Positions 33,039 through 42,428 of a stretch of 64,000 nucleotides of DNA are shown one piece after another. Location of the stretch: sequence record NC_042081.1. One strand, 5' to 3'. The notes beneath the pieces are model-generated. The model saw only the letters and a program-made list of their open reading frames with translations, made no database searches and had not been told where the DNA came from. Numbering within the stretch: the first letter of the stretch is position 1; the number at the start of each line of letters is the position of its first letter. The position numbers were made by a program, and so were the translations under genes.

Positions 33039-35448
33039 TCAATGATCAGGGGCATATTCTAATGCAATACCACTACATTCAAGCAGGTGATCAAACATAG
33101 CTACTGGACGAGATCCACCAAATGGGATCTTTTCACGATCAACTGCAACTGGCACAGATGAAGGTTTTTCTGCTGTTAGCCAAGACTCAATAACCGCAGC
33201 ATGCGCCAATGGGTTATTAGTTTGGTCTAAGATTTCAGCAGTCGGACCTGGACCAACTGTACAGTTATATGACCGAGTTTCAGATTCACCGAATGACCGG
33301 ATAGCTGTTTCTCGACCAGGAGTGCTAGCCCTATCAGCGTTGTTTAACTTAGAAGGTAGACCAAATGGTTGTGTTTTTACAGATGCTGCTGCTGACCAGT
33401 CTTCACCAATCTTTTCTAGTAGCATCATGTAAAGTGGACCCATTAAGACATTGTCTTTAGTTGTTACCCACTTACCAGCTTGATCTCGATAAGATACCTT
33501 TCCATAGTGTGGTCGATATTTATCGCTATTAATTAATTTGTTGACTGCTGCCATTAGATCCACTGGATCATCAACTGGTGCGTAGATATATGGGAATCCA
33601 TCCATTAGTACTGTTTTAACATGTTCTGCTGGATTTGGGTGTTCCATCATTTTACTATGCATTGTTGGAGCAATGATCTCATAGAAACCTAATAGTTCTT
33701 TAAATGCATAATCAACCCATTGTGTGTTACCCATTACACTATTTAGTTGTTGCTGGGTTGGTTTGGCATGTCGATCTAGTCCAGCTTCAACGCGTAGGCG
33801 TTGAGCTAGATCCCGTGCAGCTGCACCAAAACCATGTTCATAAATTCGACCATAGTTTGAACGACGCATGGTTGAACCACCAAAGATAATTAGATCTGCC
33901 CTATTACCATTTTCGTCAATAGGCATATCTTCATCTTCCATTACCTTACAGATGACGCCCTTCGTTATGTTCAGGTAAGTTCGCTACGCTTACCCCGCCT
34001 CTCGTATTGCAGGCAGCTGCATGTCACCATGCAGACCAGACTATATCTTAACCTTCACCCTAGGTGGTCAGGTCCCTCCCATTTCCACTCGCTTGAGTGT
34101 ACTCCGCGTAACCGGATAGTCGTTGAACGTTCAATCCATTTCTGGAAAGCTTCGCTGCTGATTGTCTCATTGAGATGTCCCAGCAATTAGAGAGGATTTA
34201 CTTGACTCTTTCGAGATCAAGCAGGCAATTTGACAATATCCATTCCTGAGAGATGGATGGATATTAATTACCACCATGAAAATCAGTCATCTTGAAAGCA
34301 CCAGCAGGCATCTTTTGGGCTTTGTAAGTTACTTCGACTCGCCATTCATCTAGTGGGTCTAGTCGATAGAATCGAGATAGTTTACGGACATTATCAGGTT
34401 GAGGTAGGAACATCTGTGCAGTTACAATAAGACGTTCAAATTCCTCAGTGATGTGTAGATCATCTTTACGACGTGCTAATAGACCACGATAGATCTTTAA
34501 TAGTTCTCGATAATAACTGCTAAGATGAGTATGATATTTAACTAGTTGTGCATCCATTCCTGTTGGGGTAGGTGATGGATTTACACGCTCATCACGCCAG
34601 ATATCAATATCAATAACCTTTGCACCAGGCGTGCCAATAACAGCTCTGTCGAAAGTCCTATCTAGTGTACGAAGTGCCCTAGGAGTCATCTCGGCAGGAG
34701 CTAGATCATCATCATGGTCACGGATGGCGAAGATTACACCATCTGGTCGGATAACATCACCAATGTCTGGAAATGGTTTATAGATCTTATCATCGCCATA
34801 CATGTTTAAGAAGAAAGCTTTCCTACCAGCATTAGCTACAGCCGTGCTATAACTAGTTGGCATCATTCGTTTAAGGAAATTCTTATTAGCTACGAATCCA
34901 TCTTCAATGGTACCTGCGGCAGATAGGAATACAACATTAGCATTAACACCCATCCCTAAAGTACCATCTTTCTTAACTGCACCAGACTGTGCAATTACTG
35001 TGTCTTTAGAGAACATTTCATTTGGAGCAATGGTTTCCCACACTTCTCGGTTCTTTACAAGTTCATAACCAAAGTCTTGGTGATGGCTCATGTATTCGGG
35101 AACATGTAAGACACCAATGGTTTTATATTTGTCAAAATAGTTTTCGTAGATAATAGTTGTTACCGGGTTAGATCTAATACTGTCTTTACCAATACCCGTT
35201 GGATATTTTCTAAGAACGTGTAGTACACGACAATCCTCAGGAAAACGAACATCATGTGTATACTTGGCATACTCTAATTCAGCACCCGTTAGGAAATAAC
35301 GCGATTCATTTCCATTTACTTCCGGTGCTTGTCCAATGTGTGTTACAAACATAGCACCCCGTGCAGATGAGGTAGTGCCATACCAAGGATCTAAACCAGT
35401 ATGTCCTAATAGGGTTAGATCAATTTCACGTTTACCTAGCTCAGCCAT
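33039..35448 (-). CDS. rpoB: Non-virion RNA polymerase beta-like C-terminal subunit, phiKZ gp71-73-like; spliced join(35448..34267,33962..33039), about 701 aa
   Basis: Splicing restores the beta motif TDFHGGN|KGVICKV. Also NANVVFL..GTIEDG, GPLYMMLLEK and FGESE motifs. Confidence 0.92.
33963..34266 (-). mobile_element. Group I intron (304 nt, no ORF) in the nvRNAP beta gene
   Basis: Exon ends in U and intron ends in G. P AATTGCTGGGA, Q AATCAGCAGC, R GTTCAACGACTA, S AAGATATAGTCT; reading frame restored. Confidence 0.92.
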
Positions 35449-35560
35449 TTTGTTTATCACCATTAATTAGACAAGATGCAGTACTACTATATTTCTTATT
35501 TGCACTGTTTTTAGCTATAACCTTTTGTGAGACTTCAATGTCTGGTATCACCAATTTCAT
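35441..35560 (-). CDS. 39-aa upstream ORF overlapping the nvRNAP beta start
   Basis: Perfect SD AGGAGGT then ATG; MKLVIPDIEVSQKVIAKNSANKKYSSTASCLINGDKQNG*; TGA lies 5 nt inside the MAELG frame. Confidence 0.55.
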   Translation of the reverse strand: MKLVIPDIEVSQKVIAKNSANKKYSSTASCLINGDKQNG

Positions 35561-35586
35561 ACCTCCTGTTTACTAATTACAAATCA

Positions 35587-35603
35587 ATGATATAGATCTT
35601 AAA
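35587..35603 (-). promoter_or_regulatory. Early-type promoter (TTTAAGATCTATATCAT)
   Basis: Same 17-mer family recurs about 8 times upstream of minus-strand operons. Confidence 0.7.
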
Positions 35604-35612
35604 TAAAATTTA

Positions 35613-35987
35613 TTGGAATTTATTATGGCATTCACACTGTTAGCTAATCAGCCAGATTCAGGTGAATCTGTTTATTATGAACCAGGGTTCAGATTAATTA
35701 TTGAGACTCATTTGAATATCTTACGTAATGTCAGATCCACACGTATTCAGATTCCACCTGAATTGTATTACCAGTTCGAAGGAAACTTTTATGGATACAT
35801 GGCAGAACGCCGTGTCAATCCTGATATGTGGTGGATTCAAATGCGTGTTAATGGTTTAGTTAGCCCTTATGATTTTGGTAAAGTTCTAAGGGATCCTTCA
35901 GCTAATGATTACACCAGCTATTTAATCATACCGAATAACGACATGATTCAGCACCTCGTTAGCTTATATCAAACTAAAAAGTTTTAA
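35613..35987 (+). CDS. Small protein with a LysM/T4 gp53-like signature (possible baseplate component)
   Basis: FEGNFYGYM..PDMWWIQMRVNGLVSP resembles the WW.I..NG...P pattern; fold call is inference. Confidence 0.5.
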   Translation: MEFIMAFTLLANQPDSGESVYYEPGFRLIIETHLNILRNVRSTRIQIPPELYYQFEGNFYGYMAERRVNPDMWWIQMRVNGLVSPYDFGKVLRDPSANDYTSYLIIPNNDMIQHLVSLYQTKKF

Positions 35988-35990
35988 AGC

Positions 35991-36019
35991 AAGCCAGGGG
36001 ACCCTTAGGCCCCCTGGTT
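35991..36019. terminator. Bidirectional terminator
   Basis: AAGCCAGGGG..CCCCTGGTTT followed by ATGCCG, between convergent genes. Confidence 0.75.
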
Positions 36020-36028
36020 TATGCCGTA

Positions 36029-37420
36029 TTACAGTAGACGCCCCATCATTTGGTTTCCACCTAGATTCATCATCGCAGTGTTACCATTACCAGCTAGAGC
36101 GGGGTTCAGTGCTTGTGCAAATCCACCACCCATCGGCATTTGATTGCCCATGAGTTGCATCATTTGCGGATGCATATTAGCCATCATTGGTTGCTGTAGC
36201 TGCATCATCCCAGGCATTGCAAAGTTATTGTTCATCATAACAGGTTGTTGCATCATTCCTGGTTGAGCAAATTGGTTTTTCTGCCCAGCGTTTAGAAGAT
36301 CTTGGATAGATGCTTTATTGCTAGTTTGAACTTGTTGTGCGGGACGTTGAGGTGCCTGAGTCATTGCTACAGCCTGACTCATGGATGGATTAACATTCAC
36401 AGTTGTGCCTACTGGTACACGTGTAGAAGTAGTTTGTTCTTTAGCAGTATTACCCACTTTAACTACACTATCCTTTTTCTGGACAGGAATTTGGGCAACT
36501 GGGTTTACAGTTTCAGAAGCTTCTTCTTCTACTTCATTGCTGACTCCTTCATTACCATCAAGAGAGGGGATCTCACGTTGCATCTTTGCAAAATCAGCAA
36601 TCACCTTCTCATCAACTTTTGAATAAGGTTGAATAGCATCATCGAAGATCAGGCGATACTTATCAATAACACTATTTAGTTGAGTAGTGATTTTGTTAAA
36701 TGCCTGGATAAGACATACAAAATAAGGCGCTACCCGCTCAACAGTTCCTGCTGAATATTCAGTTGGTGAATCACCAAATGGTACAACTAGTTTAAATAGT
36801 TCGATTAGAACAGGCCGCTGTTTCTTAGGTACATTTACTCCAAGGATATCATCTTTAGAATAAAGATCCTCTACGATAGGGAACCGAATAACGCAGATAC
36901 GGTTAACTGTCTTCCCATCAAATTTACCATTTGCTTTTAGATATACGCTTACAAAACGTGAGCGTTTTTCAGCAGCTTTGACAACCTTATTAAACCACTC
37001 AATGGTATCTGGCTTAGCACCGGATAGTTTCTTTAGGAAGTCTGAACATTCTGGCGGAATGTCTTTATGCAGAGTGGAGTCGGCAGCTACTTCTAAAATA
37101 CGTGAAGTAAGATACTTCACAGTGAACATTAGATTAGCCTTAACTTGACGCTGCATGTGCTGTAGTACTTGAGAAGTACCTAGTCGAGAGATCTTTTCAG
37201 ATAGCGGGTGGAAGGCGATGTAATCATCGCCAAGCCCTTTACGAAGCCAATCTTTAGTAGGTACTACTAGTCGCTTACCATCTACCTTTGCAGGTGCAGG
37301 TCGACCAAGTGGATCGAGAATACTGATCATATCCTCTTCACCTACTTTGTATCGGAAAGCAGGTAGTACTTGATCACTATAGAACTTGGAAAGAGAAATC
37401 GTAGGCATTGTTATCACCAA
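36029..37420 (-). CDS. Conserved nucleus-forming-phage core protein, phiKZ gp70-like, with a Q/M/N/G-rich tail
   Basis: 463 aa; synteny between gp69 and gp71. Confidence 0.7.
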   Translation of the reverse strand: MVITMPTISLSKFYSDQVLPAFRYKVGEEDMISILDPLGRPAPAKVDGKRLVVPTKDWLRKGLGDDYIAFHPLSEKISRLGTSQVLQHMQRQVKANLMFTVKYLTSRILEVAADSTLHKDIPPECSDFLKKLSGAKPDTIEWFNKVVKAAEKRSRFVSVYLKANGKFDGKTVNRICVIRFPIVEDLYSKDDILGVNVPKKQRPVLIELFKLVVPFGDSPTEYSAGTVERVAPYFVCLIQAFNKITTQLNSVIDKYRLIFDDAIQPYSKVDEKVIADFAKMQREIPSLDGNEGVSNEVEEEASETVNPVAQIPVQKKDSVVKVGNTAKEQTTSTRVPVGTTVNVNPSMSQAVAMTQAPQRPAQQVQTSNKASIQDLLNAGQKNQFAQPGMMQQPVMMNNNFAMPGMMQLQQPMMANMHPQMMQLMGNQMPMGGGFAQALNPALAGNGNTAMMNLGGNQMMGRLL

Positions 37421-39050
37421 ATTTAGGATTGATTTGAGCAGGTTGAGCTACAGGGTGCTGATACGGCTGCATGTTAACCGGCTGACCACTACTGTTTAGA
37501 ATGTTTTGTTGAGTCTTAGTGGGGATAACATTCTTAACAAGATAGGTAAGGTCATTGGAGATCATTGCTGGTGCAGAAGCATCCCGAGTAATAACTGGAC
37601 TGAACAGACTATCAATGAAAGTCGGTGCAATAAATCGTTCTACCGATTCATGATTTAGACTGATATCAATAACAGTATCACCAGCTAAGTCAGAGTGCAT
37701 GGAGATTTTAAACGGAATCTGGTTACCATAAGAGATACTGTTAATCGCATCGGTAATAAGACGACGTTCAAAGTCATTGATCTGTGGAGTCATATCAATT
37801 CCATCCATGATACTCCTGGTACCATTTGGATGCATTTCGAATAGATAGTTATTCGCTCCATGTCCATTTGTAATTGCAAAGGAGGTTACCCGGAAATAGT
37901 TATCCATCATGATTGCTGGAACTACTTGTGCAAGTAGAGATGCTGCAACAGTGTGATGATCTGCGCCACCCCAATGCATGGAATGCTCTGCTCGGTTAAC
38001 GAAGCGTTGAGAATTACCATTATCCATACCGGCTTTAACTACACCATCAACCAGTAGTTCAGGGAATACTCGTTGTAGGTCAGCCAGTGTAACAAAGCCA
38101 CGTTCCATGTAATTGCAGCGTTCTTTTAGAATGCGCATGAACATATTGGAATGGATATCTTGATTTCGAAGTACAGCAGATGCATCACCTAGCATCACTT
38201 CATCAGAGACACCTCCAAAGATATTATCGTTATCATTATTAGCCATCTCAGCTTCTTTAACAGAATGCTGCCATGCATTAAGAGTACTAGATAGATAACG
38301 AGTAGGAGAAGTATCGCGGCGATTTGAATATTGGAAAGTACCTGCTTCACCAACACTGGAGCGTTGATCAATGATCCGGTCAAATACGCCTTGATGTAGT
38401 CCAGTTGATTCAATGCGTTTAGCTACTTGCATCGTTTGCTGAATTTGGAAAACATCTTCTGGTCGTTGGAGATATGATGAAGTTCCAGTATACATGCTAA
38501 ACCCGTTCTGAGGGATAGTAATATCACTCATGATATCGACGGGTGCAAGGATCTGGTTAGAACCTAGGATATGTGCTTGTTTGACTACACCGAACTCAGT
38601 TGGTCGTTGGCGCTCTACAATAACAGTTTCACTATTAAAATAGATACGCATGTTAGGATCTAGACTATTGCTAAGCGGACTAATAGAGCAATGGTCAGAG
38701 CAACCAAATAGAATCCGGCAAGTACGGGTATTACCAAAGAAACGGTTATTCTCCCATACTTTCATCATGAACCTAAACCGGCGCTCACCCCAACCATTGA
38801 CGATAGGGACTTCACCTTGAGTTTGAGCACGTGGTGCAATCACATCAGCTGCAATTTGCTGCACAGCTGCAACACCTAGATTACGACCATCATTAGTTGC
38901 TTCTTTTAAACGTTCAATAGAGTTCTCAGTTACCTCTACCGTAAATGGTCGAACATGCTCAGGTTGATAAGTACCAGTCTGTACTAGAATGAATGATTCA
39001 ATCTGTACTTCAGTATTACCACCCATTGCTGAATTATTAAAACCTAACAT
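37377..39050 (-). CDS. picA: Phage-nucleus protein import factor PicA/Imp1, phiKZ gp69-like
   Basis: 557 aa directly downstream of gp68 in the conserved gp68-69-70-71 block. Assignment is by synteny and recall, not by motif. Confidence 0.75.
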   Translation of the reverse strand: MLGFNNSAMGGNTEVQIESFILVQTGTYQPEHVRPFTVEVTENSIERLKEATNDGRNLGVAAVQQIAADVIAPRAQTQGEVPIVNGWGERRFRFMMKVWENNRFFGNTRTCRILFGCSDHCSISPLSNSLDPNMRIYFNSETVIVERQRPTEFGVVKQAHILGSNQILAPVDIMSDITIPQNGFSMYTGTSSYLQRPEDVFQIQQTMQVAKRIESTGLHQGVFDRIIDQRSSVGEAGTFQYSNRRDTSPTRYLSSTLNAWQHSVKEAEMANNDNDNIFGGVSDEVMLGDASAVLRNQDIHSNMFMRILKERCNYMERGFVTLADLQRVFPELLVDGVVKAGMDNGNSQRFVNRAEHSMHWGGADHHTVAASLLAQVVPAIMMDNYFRVTSFAITNGHGANNYLFEMHPNGTRSIMDGIDMTPQINDFERRLITDAINSISYGNQIPFKISMHSDLAGDTVIDISLNHESVERFIAPTFIDSLFSPVITRDASAPAMISNDLTYLVKNVIPTKTQQNILNSSGQPVNMQPYQHPVAQPAQINPKFGDNNAYDFSFQVL

Positions 39051-39066
39051 AGAACTACCTCAATTA

Positions 39067-40650
39067 TTACTGATTAAGTTTACCCAGATGAATTACCAGT
39101 TCGGTGATCACCGACTTAATTGTGGCCGGTACAACAAGGACTTTATTCTGAGTTACCTGTTCTGCTTCTTTGAATAAACGATCGGGTCCATGATAGATCC
39201 AGTTACTAGATCTAATGGATGCATGTGCAGATTGCACAGCAATGCCCGCAATATTTACAGGTGCTACTGGAACACCGTTAATAGCTCGTTGTTGTCGTTG
39301 ATGTGGATAAAGCTCATCCATTACGTCCTTATATTTAATTTGAATACGTGTACTATTGCGTGGTTGAATGGACATTGCATGTTCACCACTATAATACAAC
39401 TCTACTTGCATAAATACAGCAACTTGTTGGAAACCCCAATGCCACATTAGTGACTGAGCTGCTGCCAACAAATGGTTAACTGCATTTTTATTAATGTGGC
39501 TGAATGCTCGTGCAGGGAAAGCTTTGTGCATCACCCATTGTGCAAGTAATATCTGGTGTGGATAGATATCTTTAGTAGCTGTAACTGCAACGCAATCTAG
39601 ACATTCCTGAATTAACTCTACTGGGACAGTGTCATCGATTTTGTGAACCAGTTTAACTACATCAAGAGCATCTAAGTTATAAGCTACGATATCACCAGGA
39701 GTAACTCGCTGTTTAGTTTTATGCGATTCGATAAATGATGTTTTATCATCATCATCAATACCACCTTTATCTGGCCGTTTATCATTAACCCGGTCAGCAG
39801 TTGATCGTTCCGCAGGGTTTAGATTTGACTTAACATATCTAAACATATTTGAAACGATGGAATGTGAGGTGGCATCGTTTAATGGTAGGATGGTTAATCG
39901 CCTAACCATAACTTTAGCCTGTAAGATATCCGGCACTTCAGCTGAACTCATGCCCCTATAAAGGTTGGCTAAGGTGGGTGCTTCATCTTCTACACAAAAC
40001 TTAACATATGCACTTAGCTTATCATAAGCTGTTTCTACTGGAGTTCCATCGATTGATATTTCATCAACAGGCCAATGGTTAACCTCACAATCCGAGATGA
40101 GACTAATTACTTCACACTCTTTATGCATTTCCTGAGAAGTGCCCTGATCAATAAACTCGCCCCAAATAGGTACTAAAGGACGAAGAGCTAGTGATACAGA
40201 TGCAAGGTTAATATAGTCATGTTTCAGATATGTTTGATCTGGTCGATTATATCGTGAATCATCAGTGATAACTTCTTCAATATCTACTGGAATATAAAGT
40301 TTACCAATAGTTAGTAGCCATCGCCGAAAACTATTCATCGGCATGGCTTTATACATCTCTTTGATGTAATAGGATAGACTCATTGCAATCCTCATCGGAT
40401 CCATAGCCATATCCATGATCTTACGAATTTCTACATAACAATTCCAGATATGTTGTTGTGTCTCAGCACTTAGGCCACTCCAATAATCATTGATTTCTTG
40501 GAATACTCGTTGTTGATCTTGTACACGGATTTTACTATAAGCCGTAGTTGTCCAAGTTAAACGTTTACCATTGTGCTCTGTAGCCACTTCAGTAAAACCA
40601 GTACCTTGAACTCCTGTAACGATGATTTGCATTTTAACCTCTTTTACCAA
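39067..40650 (-). CDS. Non-virion RNAP promoter-specificity subunit, phiKZ gp68-like (start probably 40632, MQIIV)
   Basis: About 521 aa from MQIIV; synteny; early promoter upstream. Confidence 0.8.
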   Translation of the reverse strand: MVKEVKMQIIVTGVQGTGFTEVATEHNGKRLTWTTTAYSKIRVQDQQRVFQEINDYWSGLSAETQQHIWNCYVEIRKIMDMAMDPMRIAMSLSYYIKEMYKAMPMNSFRRWLLTIGKLYIPVDIEEVITDDSRYNRPDQTYLKHDYINLASVSLALRPLVPIWGEFIDQGTSQEMHKECEVISLISDCEVNHWPVDEISIDGTPVETAYDKLSAYVKFCVEDEAPTLANLYRGMSSAEVPDILQAKVMVRRLTILPLNDATSHSIVSNMFRYVKSNLNPAERSTADRVNDKRPDKGGIDDDDKTSFIESHKTKQRVTPGDIVAYNLDALDVVKLVHKIDDTVPVELIQECLDCVAVTATKDIYPHQILLAQWVMHKAFPARAFSHINKNAVNHLLAAAQSLMWHWGFQQVAVFMQVELYYSGEHAMSIQPRNSTRIQIKYKDVMDELYPHQRQQRAINGVPVAPVNIAGIAVQSAHASIRSSNWIYHGPDRLFKEAEQVTQNKVLVVPATIKSVITELVIHLGKLNQ

Positions 40651-40665
40651 TGTAGATACATGTTA

Positions 40666-40682
40666 GTAATATAGATCTCAAA
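40666..40682 (-). promoter_or_regulatory. Early promoter (TTTGAGATCTATATTAC)
   Basis: Exact TATATTAC core. Confidence 0.8.
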
Positions 40683-40720
40683 TTTTTTTTAGTATAACGG
40701 CATTTAGTACTGAGGGCATA

Positions 40721-40749
40721 TCGGTGCCTACTTCGAGAGTAAGCACCGA
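40721..40749 (-). terminator. Terminator hairpin after the gp67-like gene
   Basis: TCGGTGC..TAC-TTCGAGA-GTA..GCACCGA flanked by CATA and TATG. Confidence 0.7.
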
Positions 40750-40757
40750 AATATGTT

Positions 40758-41498
40758 TTAGAAGGAAGGCATATCCTCATCAAAAGCTGAGTCATTATAA
40801 CTATTATTAGCCGGCTTAGCATAACTATTATTGCCGCCGTTGTTATAGTTATTGCGCTGACCACCGTTATTGTAACCGCCGCTATTACCATTACCCTGAT
40901 TGAAATTAGCAGGGTTAGATACACCTTTAGCATCTGGATCGAATTCAGTTACTAGAAGATGCATTACTAGTTTATATGCGGGGTCTAGGAAACCGTATGC
41001 ATAAGCATCGGACATTTCCTTAGGTGATAGTTGACTACCATCTGCTTTGCGGATATCATGGAATTGGGATGGGCCAAAGAAGAATTTGATCTTTGGACGA
41101 TCAGGTTGAGTGCTTAGCACTGCGATGTAAATTCGACCATCTTGTGCACGGCCAACATGTAGCTTAGAAAGCTCAATAAAATTATCACGCTTCTTACCAG
41201 CTACGAAGTTATTGCGGTAAACAAAGACACGTTCAGTATCTTCAGTTTTACCTTCAATTAAGTCCATTGCAAACTTAATGAAACATGCAAAGGTTGCTAG
41301 GTCAGTATTGAACTCAATTTTACCATGGTCTTTATCACCAGGTACATTAGTACGAACAGTAACCCGTGGTTGGTTTTTAAACAGACCAAAACGCAGCGTC
41401 GGTCGTTTTTGAGAACCCTCACATGGTTTGGCATGTAGCCAAGTATTCATTACATTAAAAGGGTTAACTACGGGTGCATTAGACTGCTGTTGTGACAT
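40758..41498 (-). CDS. chmC: Nucleus-associated nucleic-acid-binding protein ChmC/Imp6-like, phiKZ gp67-like
   Basis: Beta-rich core plus an N/G-rich disordered tail with an acidic tip (NNGGQRNNYNNGGNN..FDEDMPSF); position two genes before picA. Name is from recall. Confidence 0.6.
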   Translation of the reverse strand: MSQQQSNAPVVNPFNVMNTWLHAKPCEGSQKRPTLRFGLFKNQPRVTVRTNVPGDKDHGKIEFNTDLATFACFIKFAMDLIEGKTEDTERVFVYRNNFVAGKKRDNFIELSKLHVGRAQDGRIYIAVLSTQPDRPKIKFFFGPSQFHDIRKADGSQLSPKEMSDAYAYGFLDPAYKLVMHLLVTEFDPDAKGVSNPANFNQGNGNSGGYNNGGQRNNYNNGGNNSYAKPANNSYNDSAFDEDMPSF

Positions 41499-41585
41499 GA
41501 TGTGATAACTCCAAATTAAAACTAGATTCTTTTTAACTAGATGGGAAATGATTTCTACGTAATATTATCGCAACAAGTATTTCTT

Positions 41586-42416
41586 CTATTTGAATTTCTT
41601 GTATGCTTCTTTTAACTCTTTAGAACCATAAGCAGTAATGTCATGATGAACTTTATCTGGTGTTGTTAATCCTGTCCATTTTCTAGATTGTGCCAATTGT
41701 TTTAACTGTGCACGAATAGCTTTGTCTTGTGGTTCAAGTAATTGTTTATCGCCAAATATCTGTATAGCAAATGATGTAAAAGGAAATGGAGTATCTTCTT
41801 TTAAACCATTTAGTTTAGTATACCACATGTTGTATGTCTTTATTTTGCCCGTATGGGATTCCAATAAAAGAAGTCTATTAAAATGGGGTTTCCATAATAA
41901 TTCATGTGGGAAATGGGTTAATAGTAAAACAGTACCTTCAACCTTTGGAGGTTTATTAGATATTTCCATTGTAATTAAATCTGTATCTTTTAACTTCTGA
42001 TATAGTTCAATTGATACAAATCGTTCATAAACATCATAAGCTAATTGTTGCGGTGTTCGTGATACTTTAAATGTAGCTTTAGGGAATAACCACTTCACTG
42101 CATCTCGACCAGTAATGTAATATTTTACAGTTGCTTTTATCCCCGATTGCCGTAAAGCAACCGGGATTGTTTGTGCTTCTTGAAATAAAACATCGACTGC
42201 TGCAACCAAGTTAATATTAGTTTGTTGTTCAGACTTCATAGCCTGCCACATATTTCTTGCAAGAGTACGGACATTAATCCATATTTCTTTAATAGACTTA
42301 ACATCAGTTGGTTGTCTAGGCTTTTGTGGATGTGTTCCTATAAGCCCTTCGAGAGCAAAAGAAGTTCCAATGCTAATTGGAATATTAGCACCTACATCTC
42401 TCTCGATAATATCCAT
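41586..42416 (-). CDS. Conserved core protein, phiKZ gp66-like
   Basis: 276 aa; possible degenerate 5'-nuclease fold (see findings). Confidence 0.65.
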   Translation of the reverse strand: MDIIERDVGANIPISIGTSFALEGLIGTHPQKPRQPTDVKSIKEIWINVRTLARNMWQAMKSEQQTNINLVAAVDVLFQEAQTIPVALRQSGIKATVKYYITGRDAVKWLFPKATFKVSRTPQQLAYDVYERFVSIELYQKLKDTDLITMEISNKPPKVEGTVLLLTHFPHELLWKPHFNRLLLLESHTGKIKTYNMWYTKLNGLKEDTPFPFTSFAIQIFGDKQLLEPQDKAIRAQLKQLAQSRKWTGLTTPDKVHHDITAYGSKELKEAYKKFK

Positions 42417-42428
42417 TATTATTGCCTT

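Noticed and set aside
40634-40933. 99-aa minus-strand ORF spanning the gp67 tail, terminator and early promoter
   Set aside because: Alternate frame of the low-complexity gp67 tail, and it crosses a terminator.
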